DNA from: Eledone cirrhosa
Taxonomy: Eukaryota
Assembly: GCA_964016885.1 (NCBI GenBank)
Contig: OZ024743.1
Location: forward strand, 331,762,001 to 331,826,000
DNA: 64,000 bases
Direction of reading: 5' to 3'
Shown: one piece after another, positions 37,676 to 49,780 of the stretch
Layout: the number at the start of each line of letters is the position of its first letter
Position numbering within the stretch: the first letter of the stretch is position 1
Translations under genes and position numbers: made by a program
Notes under the pieces: model-generated
Told to the model about the DNA's origin: nothing
What the model saw: the letters and a program-made list of their open reading frames with translations, nothing else
Databases searched by the model: none

Positions 37676-39027
37676 TCATCATCATCATCATCATCATCGT
37701 TTAACGTCCATCTTCCACGCTTGCATGGGTTTAGACGGGAGTTTTCCCACTTGAGGCAAGAGTGGTTGTCTTGCTCGCATAGGATTGTCTGGTGGGTTTT
37801 CTATGGCTGGATGCCCTTCCTAACACCAACCACGTTTACAGTGTGGAACTGGGAAGTTTATACTGTGTTACCTACACGGCCACATTACAGCGTGGACTGT
37901 GTGTTTTTTTTTTTGTCGTGACACCTATACGACCTCATTTGGACTGGATGTTGTGGTACCAACATAACTTTACATTGAAAGGGGTGGTGTGGATGGGGTG
38001 GGGGTAGTGGGATGGGGGTGTATTTTTGTTAGAGGTGCCTACTGACTGTAGTAGGTTTCACTTTGTACTTAGGTAAGGCGGGTCTTCTGTATTACTGTGT
38101 AGCGCCAAAGATCTCGGTCCAGTGACATTGTCTTGGAGAGGTGTAAGTGTGTGAGGTCGGAATTTATCAAGTCATCCCAGGTTTTTCTGGGTCTGCCTAC
38201 TCCGTAGCTACCATCTATTTTTATTGCCCTGCACTTTTTTATACAGCTGTTGTCTTTCATGCGCATCACGTGACCATACCAACGTAGTCTTCTCTCGAGT
38301 AAACAACATCTGATCCCTCTTATTTTTAATTTTTCCCTTAGTTCGTTTATGCTTTGCCATTCACGTATATTACTATTACACATCCAGCGGAGCATGCAAG
38401 CTTCGTTCCTCTTCAGTCTCCGTATATCCTCTGCACACAATGCCCAGGTCTCACTGCCATGTAACATTGCTGTTCGTATGCAGGCATCATACAGCCAGCC
38501 TTTCATTTTTAGAGAGAACCCTTTAGCGGCTAATAGTGGTATAAGCTCTCTGAACTTTTTCCATCCCGTTCTGACTCTAGCTACTGTACTTTCAGAGCAC
38601 CCTCCACCACTGCTGATTTTGTCACCCAGGTAACGGAAGCTGTCCACTATTTCTATAGAATCATCTGAGCAATGGAATGAACTAGTATTCTGTGGGCACT
38701 TGCTGCTACTTATTGCACCTGAGCACCGGCCACATATAAAATCTATGTTCTTAGTTAGCTTACCTGTGATCCCACTACATCTTTTATGCACCCATACTTT
38801 GCATTTGGGACATAAAATGGAGATTCTACCTACTCCTTTCCTACACACTGAGCATGGCCATTTCCCAGATGGGACTGGTGCCCTATTTTCCTTCCTACAA
38901 ACTAGAACTTTAGTCTTAGACAGGTTAATTTTAAGGCCTTTTGATTCTAGGCCATGCTTCCATGTTTGGAATTTCTTCTCTAGTTCAGCCATTGATTCAG
39001 CTATGAGTGTTAGATCATCTGCGTATA
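37676..39027 (-). mobile_element. 5'-truncated RTE LINE (subfamily 1)
   Basis: ORF 38069-39034 from YADD to stop, PHD-like finger, 3'UTR, (CAT)n on the plus strand. Confidence 0.95.
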
Positions 39028-39594
39028 TATACATATACTACATATACTCATATACATACACACATATATATATATATACAATCATATACATATATATATT
39101 TATATATACAATCATATACATATATACATACACATATAGATATATATACACATAAACACATACATACACATATACATATGTCATAGATATAAATACATAC
39201 ATATGTCATAGATATAAATATACATATATATATATATACGCACACACACCCACATATATATATACACACATTTACATACACACACACATACGTATGTGTG
39301 TGTGTGTCTGTGTCTGTAAGATATCATAATCTATTTGTAACTTGGTAATGTTCTGTTATTCCACAGCTTTCAGAACATCAATACTTTTAGTTTATAATGA
39401 GTCAGTAATAAACATGAAATAATAAACACACAGGAATGATGTTACACTAGTGGGAACCTAAAATACACTGACAATAACCCTTTCATTACTGCATTTATAA
39501 TGAAATACACTATTTTAATTAATAAATAAAGGATTTCGAGATATTTACTAAAATTATTAATTATTTTGTTACAAAGATAGTAACTTAATGTAAA

Positions 39595-39819
39595 GTTAGC
39601 TGTCAAGACACTGCACCCTTTAAAACCTCCATGCTTCCTGAGATTCGCCAACACCACACCTAATATTCCCCCTCCATACACACGCACACATGTATATCAT
39701 GACTCATACACTATCCACTTCCCTGACATTTGTATATTATTCTATGTACTATACATGCACCTTTGATGAGTTGTAGTGCACCCGAGCACTGTACACAATA
39801 ATTTCATTATTATTATTAT
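39595..39819 (+). mobile_element. CR1/L2-like LINE 3' end
   Basis: ..FKTSMLPEIRQHHT* followed by terminal stem-loop GTAGTGC ACCCGA GCACTGT and (ATT)n tail. Confidence 0.55.
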
Positions 39820-40438
39820 AAAATTATGTTGGAAGATTTTAATTTGAATTGGAAACCTTTAAAATGGGTGGTTAAATTTCATAGAATCAGAGCCGTTTTT
39901 TTTTTTTTGGCGGGGGGGGGGGGGGGGGGGGGGGGGGGCTAAAGGGTTAAAACAACATTGCCATCAGCTATCCACAAAAAGGAAACAATTCGCATTGGGT
40001 TGTGTTGTTTACAATATAAGAAAGGCTTTCAGTTTTACTCTTCTGACTAAAACTGTTTGGATAACATCAAACATGCAGGGTTTTAACTGATAATGGGTGG
40101 AGGAAGAAAAGGTAGAGAATATTAGAGCAGTATAATATACAACACCTCTCTCTCTGGGGAGAGAGAGTATAAAAGGGTGCAGCAGCTGGTTGGAGATGTG
40201 TGTACAAATGTAGTGTTTATTTTCAATAGCTAGAATTTATATATTCAGAGGTTTATTCAATCTGGAACGGGTGAAACAACTATTTGCTGTGCAGTAAAAT
40301 TATTCTAACACACAGCCTAGACTCATCTTTAACCCAACAGATGGCTACAGACATCTTCATATTTTTAATTTCTGGTTCAGAATGATGTCAGAGCTTAGGG
40401 CTTTTTTTTTCTTTTTTTTTACCATTAATATAACATGA

Positions 40439-40506
40439 TGTGATATTATCCATCATGTGATAATATCCATCATGTGATAATATCCATCATGTGATAATAT
40501 CCATCA
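40439..40506. repeat. 17-bp tandem repeat x4
   Basis: ATGTGATAATATCCATC. Confidence 0.9.
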
Positions 40507-40507
40507 T

Positions 40508-40790
40508 CAAGATTAAGAGATCACAGCTCCGATATTACAGGCATGTGGTTAGAATGTCTCAGGAAAGAATTAGACAGATTTTACAGGCAAAACCAACAGG
40601 CAAGATACCCAAGAAGTAGACCCCGAGCAAGATGGTTGGATAGCTTCCATGAGTTGGCTGGTCTTGGTTGGGGATCCAGTCAGATCTGTTTGAGACGGTT
40701 GTTACTTATAGGACCTGCTGGAAGAAAGAGTGTTTGAGGAATCTTCCCCCAAGATCCTCTCAGGAATAAATGGGCGAAGAAGAAGAGATA
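40508..40790 (+). mobile_element. Decayed RTE C-terminal fragment of another family
   Basis: IKRSQLRYYRHVVRMSQER..PRSRPRARWLD with frameshifts; (GAA)n end. Confidence 0.65.
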
Positions 40791-40836
40791 TATTCATTAT
40801 CGGTGATGATGATAATATATATATATATATATAAAT

Positions 40837-41030
40837 GAAAATGTATGACCCCAATGGCAGAGGTCAAGCTGTTTCGACGGCTATTTCTGGACTGAGTCCA
40901 GAAATAGCCATCGAAACAGCTTGAGCTCTGCTGTCGGAGTCATACATTTTCCTATTACCAACTCTACTACCCTAAGTATTGAGTACTCTGGTGCGTTATG
41001 GTCCATCTGGTTCCTTACCACAACTCCTTC

Positions 41031-41031
<1 letters not shown>
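40837..41031 (+). repeat. Fold-back inverted repeat with unique tail, in (TA)n
   Basis: ~57-bp arms 40837-40893 / 40895-40951. Confidence 0.85.
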
Positions 41032-41082
<51 letters not shown>

Positions 41083-41165
41083 TACATACATACACACACA
41101 CAATCAAGAGTTTAATGAGAATATGGGTGGGTATAAAATTAATTGCAAGCTCTGTTTTGAACCTT

Positions 41166-41197
<32 letters not shown>

Positions 41198-41649
41198 GAC
41201 ATAATCTCCTAGGTGTTGAGGGTCAGTATGCCTGAGCTGGGAAGTGGGGTGAGCTCCTGCTGGCCTACAAAATAGCTGAAATAGGTTGTGTTTATAACCT
41301 CTGCCAGCCATATTTGCTCCCATGCATCCTTGTCACAGCACTAGCTCCACCAAATTGGGTTGGGTGTGAAAGCCAGCGTTCAGCAATATACTGATGCAAT
41401 GTTTGGATTATACTATCCTAAGTTGCATATACTTACAGTTGGGCACCGCTTGTGAAACCAATCACCCAAAGAAACTCCATTGAAGTGAACTTAAACTGTG
41501 AATTTCTTCGATGGAGCTGACTCAACCCACCCTGGGTGAACACCGCCACAAGTACAAGTAAGTAATCTCCTACCATTGCCACTATACATCCACTGTTAAA
41601 CACGTGACTATTCTGATTATGAAGATGGAGGCATGAAAGCTTTAAAATA

Positions 41650-41878
41650 TTAACCCTTTAATATTTAAACCAGCCATATCCATCCAGAATTCTCTCACCT
41701 CTTTCTGTTCAAACTGGCTGTAACTGGCCACTTATACTGATATTAAGGTATTGTTCTCAAAATAAATAATATAAAAATCTCATAGATTCAATATTATGTG
41801 AGATAATTATGTGAGATAAAGCCTTTACAGTGAAAATATAATAGTAAATATAGAATAATGTGAATACTAAAGGGTTAA
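41650..41878. mobile_element. piggyBac-type MITE
   Basis: TTAA-CCCTTTA ... TAAAGGG-TTAA. Confidence 0.75.
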
Positions 41879-42232
41879 TACACATATGGATTTAAGAAGG
41901 CAACTGCTCTAAACCAAGTACAAAGAACTAATAAAGAAATATACAAAAAAGTCCTTAATAAAAATAATCAAACTGGAACACAGTGATGGTGTCAATATAA
42001 CATATTTGAAGAAAAGTTGTCTGTCTGTCCATCAGTCCGTCCCTTGTCAAGATGTGATGTAGAAAAATGCTAAGATTGTACAAATTTAGTATTTATAGAC
42101 AATTGTGATACGACTGAAACTGACTATAGAGAATAGGAACATGAAGTTTGTATTTATGTTTGTGTATCAGTATCAGTATGTGTATATGTAAATATATATG
42201 TGTGTACCTGTATGTGTGTGTTTCTATATGCA

Positions 42233-42405
42233 TCATCATTATCACCGTTTGACGTCCGTTCTTCCACGCTAGCATGGGTTAGACGGATTGTCCTGTTGTG
42301 GACAGTGTCCAGTCAGCTGACCTTGTCTTGCACATACAGGAACTGATTCTGGCTTGATTTCTACAACTGGATGCCCTTCCTAACACCAACCTCATTTACA
42401 GTGAG
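42233..42405 (-). mobile_element. RTE subfamily 2 3' tip
   Basis: Matches 14051-14220. Confidence 0.8.
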
Positions 42406-42549
42406 TCCTGTATGTGTAAACGTGTGTGTTTGTGTGTGTATGTGAGTGCATGTTTGTGTGTGTGTGTGTGTGTGTGTATCTTTCTATATGCATGTGTGTG
42501 TAAACATGCATGTGTTTGTGTATATGTATGCGTGTATTTGTAGAATAAC

Positions 42550-43280
42550 AACTACAACAATAAAAAAGCAACTACTACAACATGAACAACCACAGCAACA
42601 ACACCAACAACAACACTAACTATAACAACCACACCAACAACAACAACAACAACAACAACACTAACTATAACAACCACACCAACAACAACAACAACAACAA
42701 CAACCACACCAACAACACCAACAACAATACTAACTATAACAACACCAACAACACCAACAACAACACTAACTATAACAACCACAACAACAACAACAACACC
42801 AACAACACCAACAACAATACTAACTATAACAACAACAACAACACCAACAACAACACTAACTATAACAACCACACCACCACCAACAACAACAACAACAACA
42901 ACAACAACAACCACACCAACAACACCAACAACACCAACAACACCAAAAACACCAACAACAATACTAACTATAACAACAACAACACCAACAGCAATACTAA
43001 CTCTAACAACAACAACAACCACACCAACAACACCAACAACAATACTAACTATAACACCAACAACACCAACAACAACACCAACAACAACAATACTAACTCT
43101 AACAACAACAATAACAACCACACCAACAACAACAACAACACTAACTATAACAACAACAACAACAACAATAACAACCACAGCAACAACACCAACAACAATA
43201 ACAACCACAGCAACAATAATACTAACTATAACAACAACAACCACAGCAACAACAGCAAGAACATCAAAGACAATGATGTA
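42550..43280. repeat. (AAC)n-based tract with recurring ACTAACTATAAC motif
   Basis: Visible; source of the poly-N and poly-V ORF artefacts. Confidence 0.9.
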
Positions 43281-43301
43281 TAACATAAGAGAAGATATAT
43301 A

Positions 43302-43845
43302 TAATTGTTTCTACTTTTAGCAAAAGGCCAGCAATTACCCAGTACATTACTGGTACTTTATTTTATCGACCCCCGTAAGGATGAAAGGCAAAGCTAACCT
43401 CGGTGGGATTTGAACTCATAATGGCAAGGGCGGTAACTCTATGCGTCAAAACATGGCATCCGACCCTCTACCGATACTGCCAATCCACCGCCTAAATATA
43501 GGATATAAATAATGGTTTCTTATACAGGCACAAGGCCAGTAATTTTGGGGCGAGGGGAAAGTCGATTAAATCGACACCAGTGCATGACTGGTACTTTATT
43601 TTATCGACCCTTGTAAGGTAGAAAGGCAAAGCTAACCTCGGTGGGATTTGAACTCAGACTGTAAAGGGACGTAACTATGCTAGAAAGCATGGCGTCCAAC
43701 CCTCTACCGATACTGCCAATTCACCACCCAATATATAGGATATAAATAATTGTTTCTACTTTTGGCACAAGGCCAGCAGTTACCCAGTACATTACTGGTA
43801 CTTTATTTTATCGACCCCGTAAGGGTGAAAGGCGAAGTTAACCTA
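43302..43845 (-). mobile_element. Three tandem SINE family A copies
   Basis: Copies at 43302-43492, 43510-43730 (long variant) and 43748-43845, separated by the same ATATAGGATATAAATAAT spacer. Confidence 0.88.
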
Positions 43846-44719
43846 AATAATTAATAAATAATTAAATATAAACATGTAAGAGAAAAAAGTATGTAAATTT
43901 AAATATAGTAAATGTTTATAGAGTGAAGCTATTTGATGGAAGAGAAAGTAAGGGCTGTTTGAGACTGATAGAGAAGTTGATATGCCTGAAGAAATATAGA
44001 AAGTAAAGGCTTTGGGGGCTGATGAGAAAGTTAATATGTCAGAAGAAATATATTTTCTACGAACATTTTTACAGTCAAATATTAACTAATATTCCCTTCC
44101 TACAATGTATAAGATGGATACATTTCTGCCAAATTTCCAAAAGAAGGAGGATACTGTGTAGAAACCAATAAGGAACCCTCTACATGGTCTCTCAGTTTGA
44201 GAGAAATAGCAGCTAAATTTCCCTCAAATTCTGCCACCTAAGAAGGGAAAAATGCAATTGATAGTGTGGTCCAAGATACAGTCTGAAGGAAGGCAGGCTA
44301 GCCACCATTGCAGTGTCTTTGGCAATAGATCATCTTAATCATGGATGACCCAGAGCTAAACAACAACAATATACATTGTTAAATATATATACAGATACTC
44401 AAACACACACACAAATGTAAAATACAAACACACACTCAAACATACAAACACAGACACAAATGTACCAACAGGACATGGTAAAAAGGGAGCCTCTGAGATG
44501 TAGCATGTTACCAATGATCAAAAGCATTTCCATCTTATTAGGCGTATTTAGAATGTTAATCAGTGTATCCTTCCTTAAGAAAGACAATGAGGTTTGATTA
44601 GAGGAAGATTTAGCCTCTATTTCTAATAATTAAAATGACCACATAAAGGCACACCTTAAAGGAGATTTGAGTTTCAACAGTCTTATCTTAAACCATATAT
44701 GTAATAAGTTGGTATATCA

Positions 44720-45090
44720 TACACCCCCACAAAAATATAGACTCTTCTTTTGAGGGATACAATCTATGCCTACACAAATATGGTCTCTTCCATTGGAAGA
44801 TACATTTTACCCCCACACAAATATAAACTATTCCATTGGAAGATACATTTTACCCAACACAAATATAAACTCTTCCATTGGGAGGTACATTTTAGCCCCA
44901 CACAAATATAAACTCTTCCATTGGGAGACACATTTTACCCCCACACAAATATAAACTCTTCCATTGGGAGACACATTTTACCCCCACACAAATATAAACT
45001 CTTCCATTGGGAGACACATTTTACCCCCACACAAATATAAACTCTTCCATTGGAAGATACATTTTACCCCACACACAAATATAGATTCTT
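44720..45090. repeat. 43-bp minisatellite, about 8 copies
   Basis: CCACACAAATATAAACTCTTCCATTGGGAGACACATTTTACCC. Confidence 0.9.
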
Positions 45091-45092
45091 CC

Positions 45093-45360
45093 GAGGCAGA
45101 TGGCTTAGTGGTAATTGTGTTGGACTTACACTCATAATGTTGTGGACTCAATTCCTAGACTGGGTGGTGTGTTGCATTCTTGAACAAAAGACTTCATTTC
45201 ACATTGCTCCAGTATACTCAGCTGAAAATGTGTACCAGCAATAGCTGGGGGTTTAACCCAGTGATGGACTGACATTCAGTCCAGGGGGGTCTTGTACTCT
45301 CAGTTGCTTCACACCATGAAACTGGGATAAGCACCGGCCTGATGAAAATCTTGGCTTGAG
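45093..45360 (+). mobile_element. tRNA SINE with family-B head and a different tail; related copies near 9615-9830, 49950-50080 and 55408-55670
   Basis: TGGCTTAGTGG A-box; TTTCACATTGCTCCAGT..ACTCAGCTG; tail GAAACTGGGATAAGCACCGGCCTGATGA. Confidence 0.65.
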
Positions 45361-45569
45361 ATAGACTCTAGATTCGAAGATACATTCTAAACCCACACAT
45401 AGACTCTTCCATTTGTTGGTAAGTCAGAGATAAGTTTCACTGGAATCTTTGAAAATGCTTTACTGGTCCAATGTTACATTATATCAACCTATATTTGTAC
45501 TCTCTTATTTACCACATCAACCAATATACCCCCCCCCCCTACATAATTCTTATTTACGATATCAACCAA

Positions 45570-45752
45570 TACTGTTGGTAGAGTGTCAGATGCCATGCTT
45601 TGCAGCATAGAGTTACGGCCCTTTATGTTCTGAGCTCAAATCCCGCTGTCGAGGTTAACTTTGCCTTTCATCCTTACAGGGTCGATAAAATAAAGTACCA
45701 GTAATACACTGGGATAATTGCTGGCCTTGTGCCAAAAAGTAGAAACAATTAT
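45570..45752 (+). mobile_element. SINE family A
   Basis: Nin-like domain and tail. Confidence 0.85.
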
Positions 45753-46068
45753 ACTCCCCCCCCCTTCCCCGTACATACTCTCTTATTTGCCATAAACAGT
45801 GTTTATTATTGAGCCACTAACTTCAAATTATATCATCATCATGTCAATGGTAGCACTACCATTTTAGCAATGTTATTCTATTGTTATAATAATATTCCAT
45901 TCTTTCAATAATGTACCACAAATATTTCTGATTTGTTCATCCTCCAATAGTTTCTCACACTCCATATTGATATATGACAGAAAAGATTATTTCAAGACAA
46001 TGCTTTACTTCTCTGCCTTTTCTGTGTGTGTGTGTGTACATACACTCACATACATGCAAAGATACACG

Positions 46069-46104
<36 letters not shown>

Positions 46105-46591
46105 CAAATACATATACATATATACACATATAGATATATACATATACACATAAATACATATATACATACATATATACTTACATACAAACATATAGTACAT
46201 TGTTCCCCTACCCACCCTTTACTTCATCTACCTATCATAGCTGGAGTGGTCTTAAAAATCCTCATATCGGTAACCATTGTCAAAACAAATATCTCTACAC
46301 ATCTATATTTTTGGTTAATATAAAACAAAACTTGCCCTAACTTAACTATCTATGTATCTATCTAGACACATTTCAGCTCACTACTATATTGCTCTATAAT
46401 GGATAATCGCATTTAAAGTCCATTAAAGGTTCTTGGCACTACCATTGTTACTATCGCTTTCCTCTAGCCATGGGACCTGGAGACATGCGCCAAATGCTAC
46501 CATTCTATTATACATAGATGTGGACTGCTATTTTTAATAGCCATGGGCTGGGGTTTGGATTCTGTCGATCGATTGGTTATTGATTAGGCGA

Positions 46592-46706
46592 TACCCGCTG
46601 ATGAAGCCGCATAAGCCGATCGTGTATTGTTGCATAATATATGCAGACGGATGGTGCTGCGCACCTTACTGCTGCATTAGTGCGGCAGAAACTCGAGTCC
46701 AGGAAC
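46592..46706 (+). ncRNA. Type I hammerhead with ~70-nt branched stem-II insertion
   Basis: CCCG-CTGATGA(46598)-A-GCCGCA..TGCGGC-A-GAAAC TCGA GTC(46697)-CAGG. Confidence 0.75.
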
Positions 46707-46834
46707 CTTATAGGCACCCGTTTTACGTGTGTTGTGTTGAGGCAAATAACTATGTGTATACTCTGGTAATGTATCTTACATCCCTATTGAGTGCGCTGAG
46801 ATACAACCGGTACTGGCATTGATAAATATGTTGG

Positions 46835-46987
46835 GTCCGTCAACTCCTTACAGTTACGTCCCTTTACAGTCTGAGTTCAAATCCCGCCGAGGTTAACTTT
46901 GCCTTTCATCCTTACAGGGTCGATAAAATAAAGTACCAGTAATGTACTGGGTAATTGCTGGCCTTGTGCCTAAAGTAGAAATAATTA
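46835..46987 (+). mobile_element. SINE family A; second partial copy at 47352-47453
   Basis: B-box, Nin-like domain, tail. Confidence 0.85.
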
Positions 46988-47139
46988 TATATATATATAT
47001 ATAGATTTATATATATATATATCTATATGTCTACCTATATGTCTATCTATCTAACTGTATGTCTATCTATCTGTCTGTATGTCTATATCTGCCTATCTGT
47101 ATGTCTGTCTATCTATCAGTATGTCTATCTATCTATCTA

Positions 47140-47218
47140 CACGTTTTTATTGTATGTAAACTTCCCCCTTTGTATTTGTCCCCTTCTTTTGTGCCCCTGT
47201 GGCTAATAAAGAAATATA
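47140..47218 (+). mobile_element. Tx1/L1 3' tip embedded in (ATCT)n-like repeats
   Basis: Near-identical to 49715-49780. Confidence 0.8.
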
Positions 47219-47524
47219 TCTATCTCTATGTCTATCTATCTATCTGTCTGTCTATCCGTATGTCTGTCTATCTATCTATCTCTCAGTATGTCTATCTATC
47301 TGTATGTCTATGTATCTATATGCCTATCAATCTATCTATCTATCTATCTATCCGAGGTTGACTTTGCCAGTCATCCTTACGGGGTCGATAAAATAAAGTA
47401 CCAGTAATGCACTGGGTAATTGCTGGCCTTGTGCCTAAAGTAGAAACAATTATATATATTTCGGAGGCACTGTACTGAAAAAACAGCACAGTACCTCCGA
47501 AATATATATAATTGTTTCTACTTT

Positions 47525-49780
47525 TTAAAGATGGTGGTACTCTCTCAAGAGGGCAGTTATATTAGACTCGATAGGTTTTAGTAAAGAATTAGTGTTAGAT
47601 AGAAATAAGACCGAAAAGGAACTGGTAGATAAAGTAGAAGAGGCACTTAGGAGTGGCAACGTAGCCAGCGTGCTAGCGACGAGAACGGCCTTGGACCAGT
47701 TCTTCGACGCAAAGCATGAAGGCTGCATTGTCAGAAGCAAAATACATGCTCTGGGAAACGAGGGAGCCAAAGCTGTTAGCTGGGCCCGAGTGATGGAGGC
47801 GAAAAGTGGCAACAAGTCCACGATTCGGTCTTTGAAGGACCTAGACGGACGCGTGATACGTGAGCAAATGTGCGCAGCCTTTCAGCAGCACTTTGCTCAA
47901 CTGTTCGAGCAGGGCGGAGCGCCGGGAGGGGCTATGGATTTCGGTCCATACCTCGACGGCCTACCGCGACTCTCGGACAGCGAGGCGAAGTTCTGCGAAA
48001 GGCCGATTTTGGCCGCTGAGATAGGGGACGCGCTGAGCCAATGCGGCAAACGCAAATCTCCAGGTCTCGACGGTCTACCCTACGAATTTTACGTAGCAAT
48101 GCCGGACTTGTTCTCCAGTCTCCTGGAAGTGGTCTACTGCAACTGGCAGCAGAACAGGAGAATTCCCAGTTCTGTGACCAAGGGCATAATCATGCTAGTC
48201 AGGAAGGACGAGAACAAGGGGGATGACATAGGCAACTTCCGGCCCATAACTCTGCTCAACACAGAGTTACAGATTTTGGCCAAGGTGTTGGCAAAGAGGC
48301 TGGCGCTTGTCGTCGAAAACCTGGTGGGAGAAGCGCAGACATGCGCAATCCAGACCAGGTCCATACACGACAATCTCCACCTCATGCGATACACCATAGA
48401 GAGGGTAGGGTGTAAACCCGGCTTCGGTGGGGCCCTGATCAACTTGGATCAGTCTAAAGCTTTCGATAGGGTTGACCATCGTTACCTGGATGCGGTGCTC
48501 AAGGCGGCAGGCTTTGGTCCCGTGTTCAGGGGCTGGATTGCTGCAATGCACAACAGCAACATCTGCTCAAGGGTCAAGGTGAACGGCTACGGCTCAGAGC
48601 CGTTCCATATTACGCGATCCATCCGACAGGGATGCCCTCTCTCCTCCCTTCTGTACGTACTGACTCTCGGCCACTACTGCGGAAGTTGGAGCTATTGCTG
48701 CGGCACCTCCACGTATTCCTCACCAGACAACCGGTATGGGTCCCGTTCATGAGGCGAGCCTTCCCACGACTCGTCTCACTGACCGAGCTGCAGACTTGGG
48801 TCAAGCAAAGACCGAGGAAAAGGGGCGACTGGCATATCGAATGTGCTCAGGCGCTCACAGTCCTCTGGCAAACGGACCCGGCAATCAGTGGAGACTCCAC
48901 TTCGACATTCAATAGAGGGTTGGTCCGCAGCAAGTGCGGTGACACGCTCGGAGAAACTCTAGGCGTAGAGGAGGACGAACTGGCCAGTCCGTTCGGTAGG
49001 ACCTTCCGCCAGTGACCAATGGACAACTTCCAAAAGTCCCTGGCCTGGCAGTGCTACCGAGGAGCTCTACCAGTTCGAGACAAGCTCTACAGACACGGGC
49101 GCCTGGGTAGGGACTCTTCGAAAAAGATCTGTCCGAGATGTGTGCGCGACGAGGAAACCATCGCACACGCATTTGTACACTGCCCGGGCGTTACCGACCT
49201 GTGGGGCTATGTAGAACGACTATTGTCGCGGGTGGGACCAATCCAGTTGACCACCGAGTCCATTGTCATGATCAAACTGCCACCCTCCTTCAAAAACGAG
49301 GGAGAGGCGGTTTTCCTATGTGTTATGGCTATGGTGAAAGAGGTTATATGGTGGACAGGGTTAAAAGGGCTGAAGTCAGACACCTTTCTCTCCGGCGAGC
49401 AACTGATTCGTTTTTTCAAATATCATTTTGGAAGAAGAATCAGGATGGAGAGAGAGGTGTTGTACCCCAGTAAATATTATAAAAGGTGGGTGAATATGGC
49501 AAGAATGGCCCGAGTGGTTGGGCCTTCTCTCTATATAAGCCTGTAGGTTGAGGAAAAAGAGGAAGAGAGGAAGGGAGTACTCACTCTTGGTGCTCCTGGA
49601 GATGAGGGTTGTACATTTTTTCGGGGTGTGTACAACCCCTGTGTACCACCTCCCCCCTATTGGGGATTTCAATTGTTATTTGTTGTTTTATTAATAGTTT
49701 TATTTTCATATACCTGTATGTAAACTCCCCATTTGTATTTGTCCCCTTCTTTTGTGCCCTTGTGGCTAATAAAGAATTTA
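47525..49780 (+). mobile_element. 5'-truncated, internally deleted L1/Tx1-clade retrotransposon
   Basis: KSPGLDG, FRPITLLN, LDQSKAFDRV, RQGCPLS; YADD region missing near 48700; C-terminal CPRC..ETIAHAFVHC; AATAAA followed by (ATCT)n. Confidence 0.9.

Noticed and set aside
39913-39938. Long G run as a G-quadruplex
   Set aside because: Homopolymer with uncertain assembled length and no functional context
40165-40200. TATAAAAG TATA-box-like motif
   Set aside because: Common by chance in AT-rich DNA; no downstream gene evidence
45317-45360. GAAAC...CTGATGA in a SINE tail as a permuted hammerhead
   Set aside because: Closing stems could not be formed convincingly in this copy
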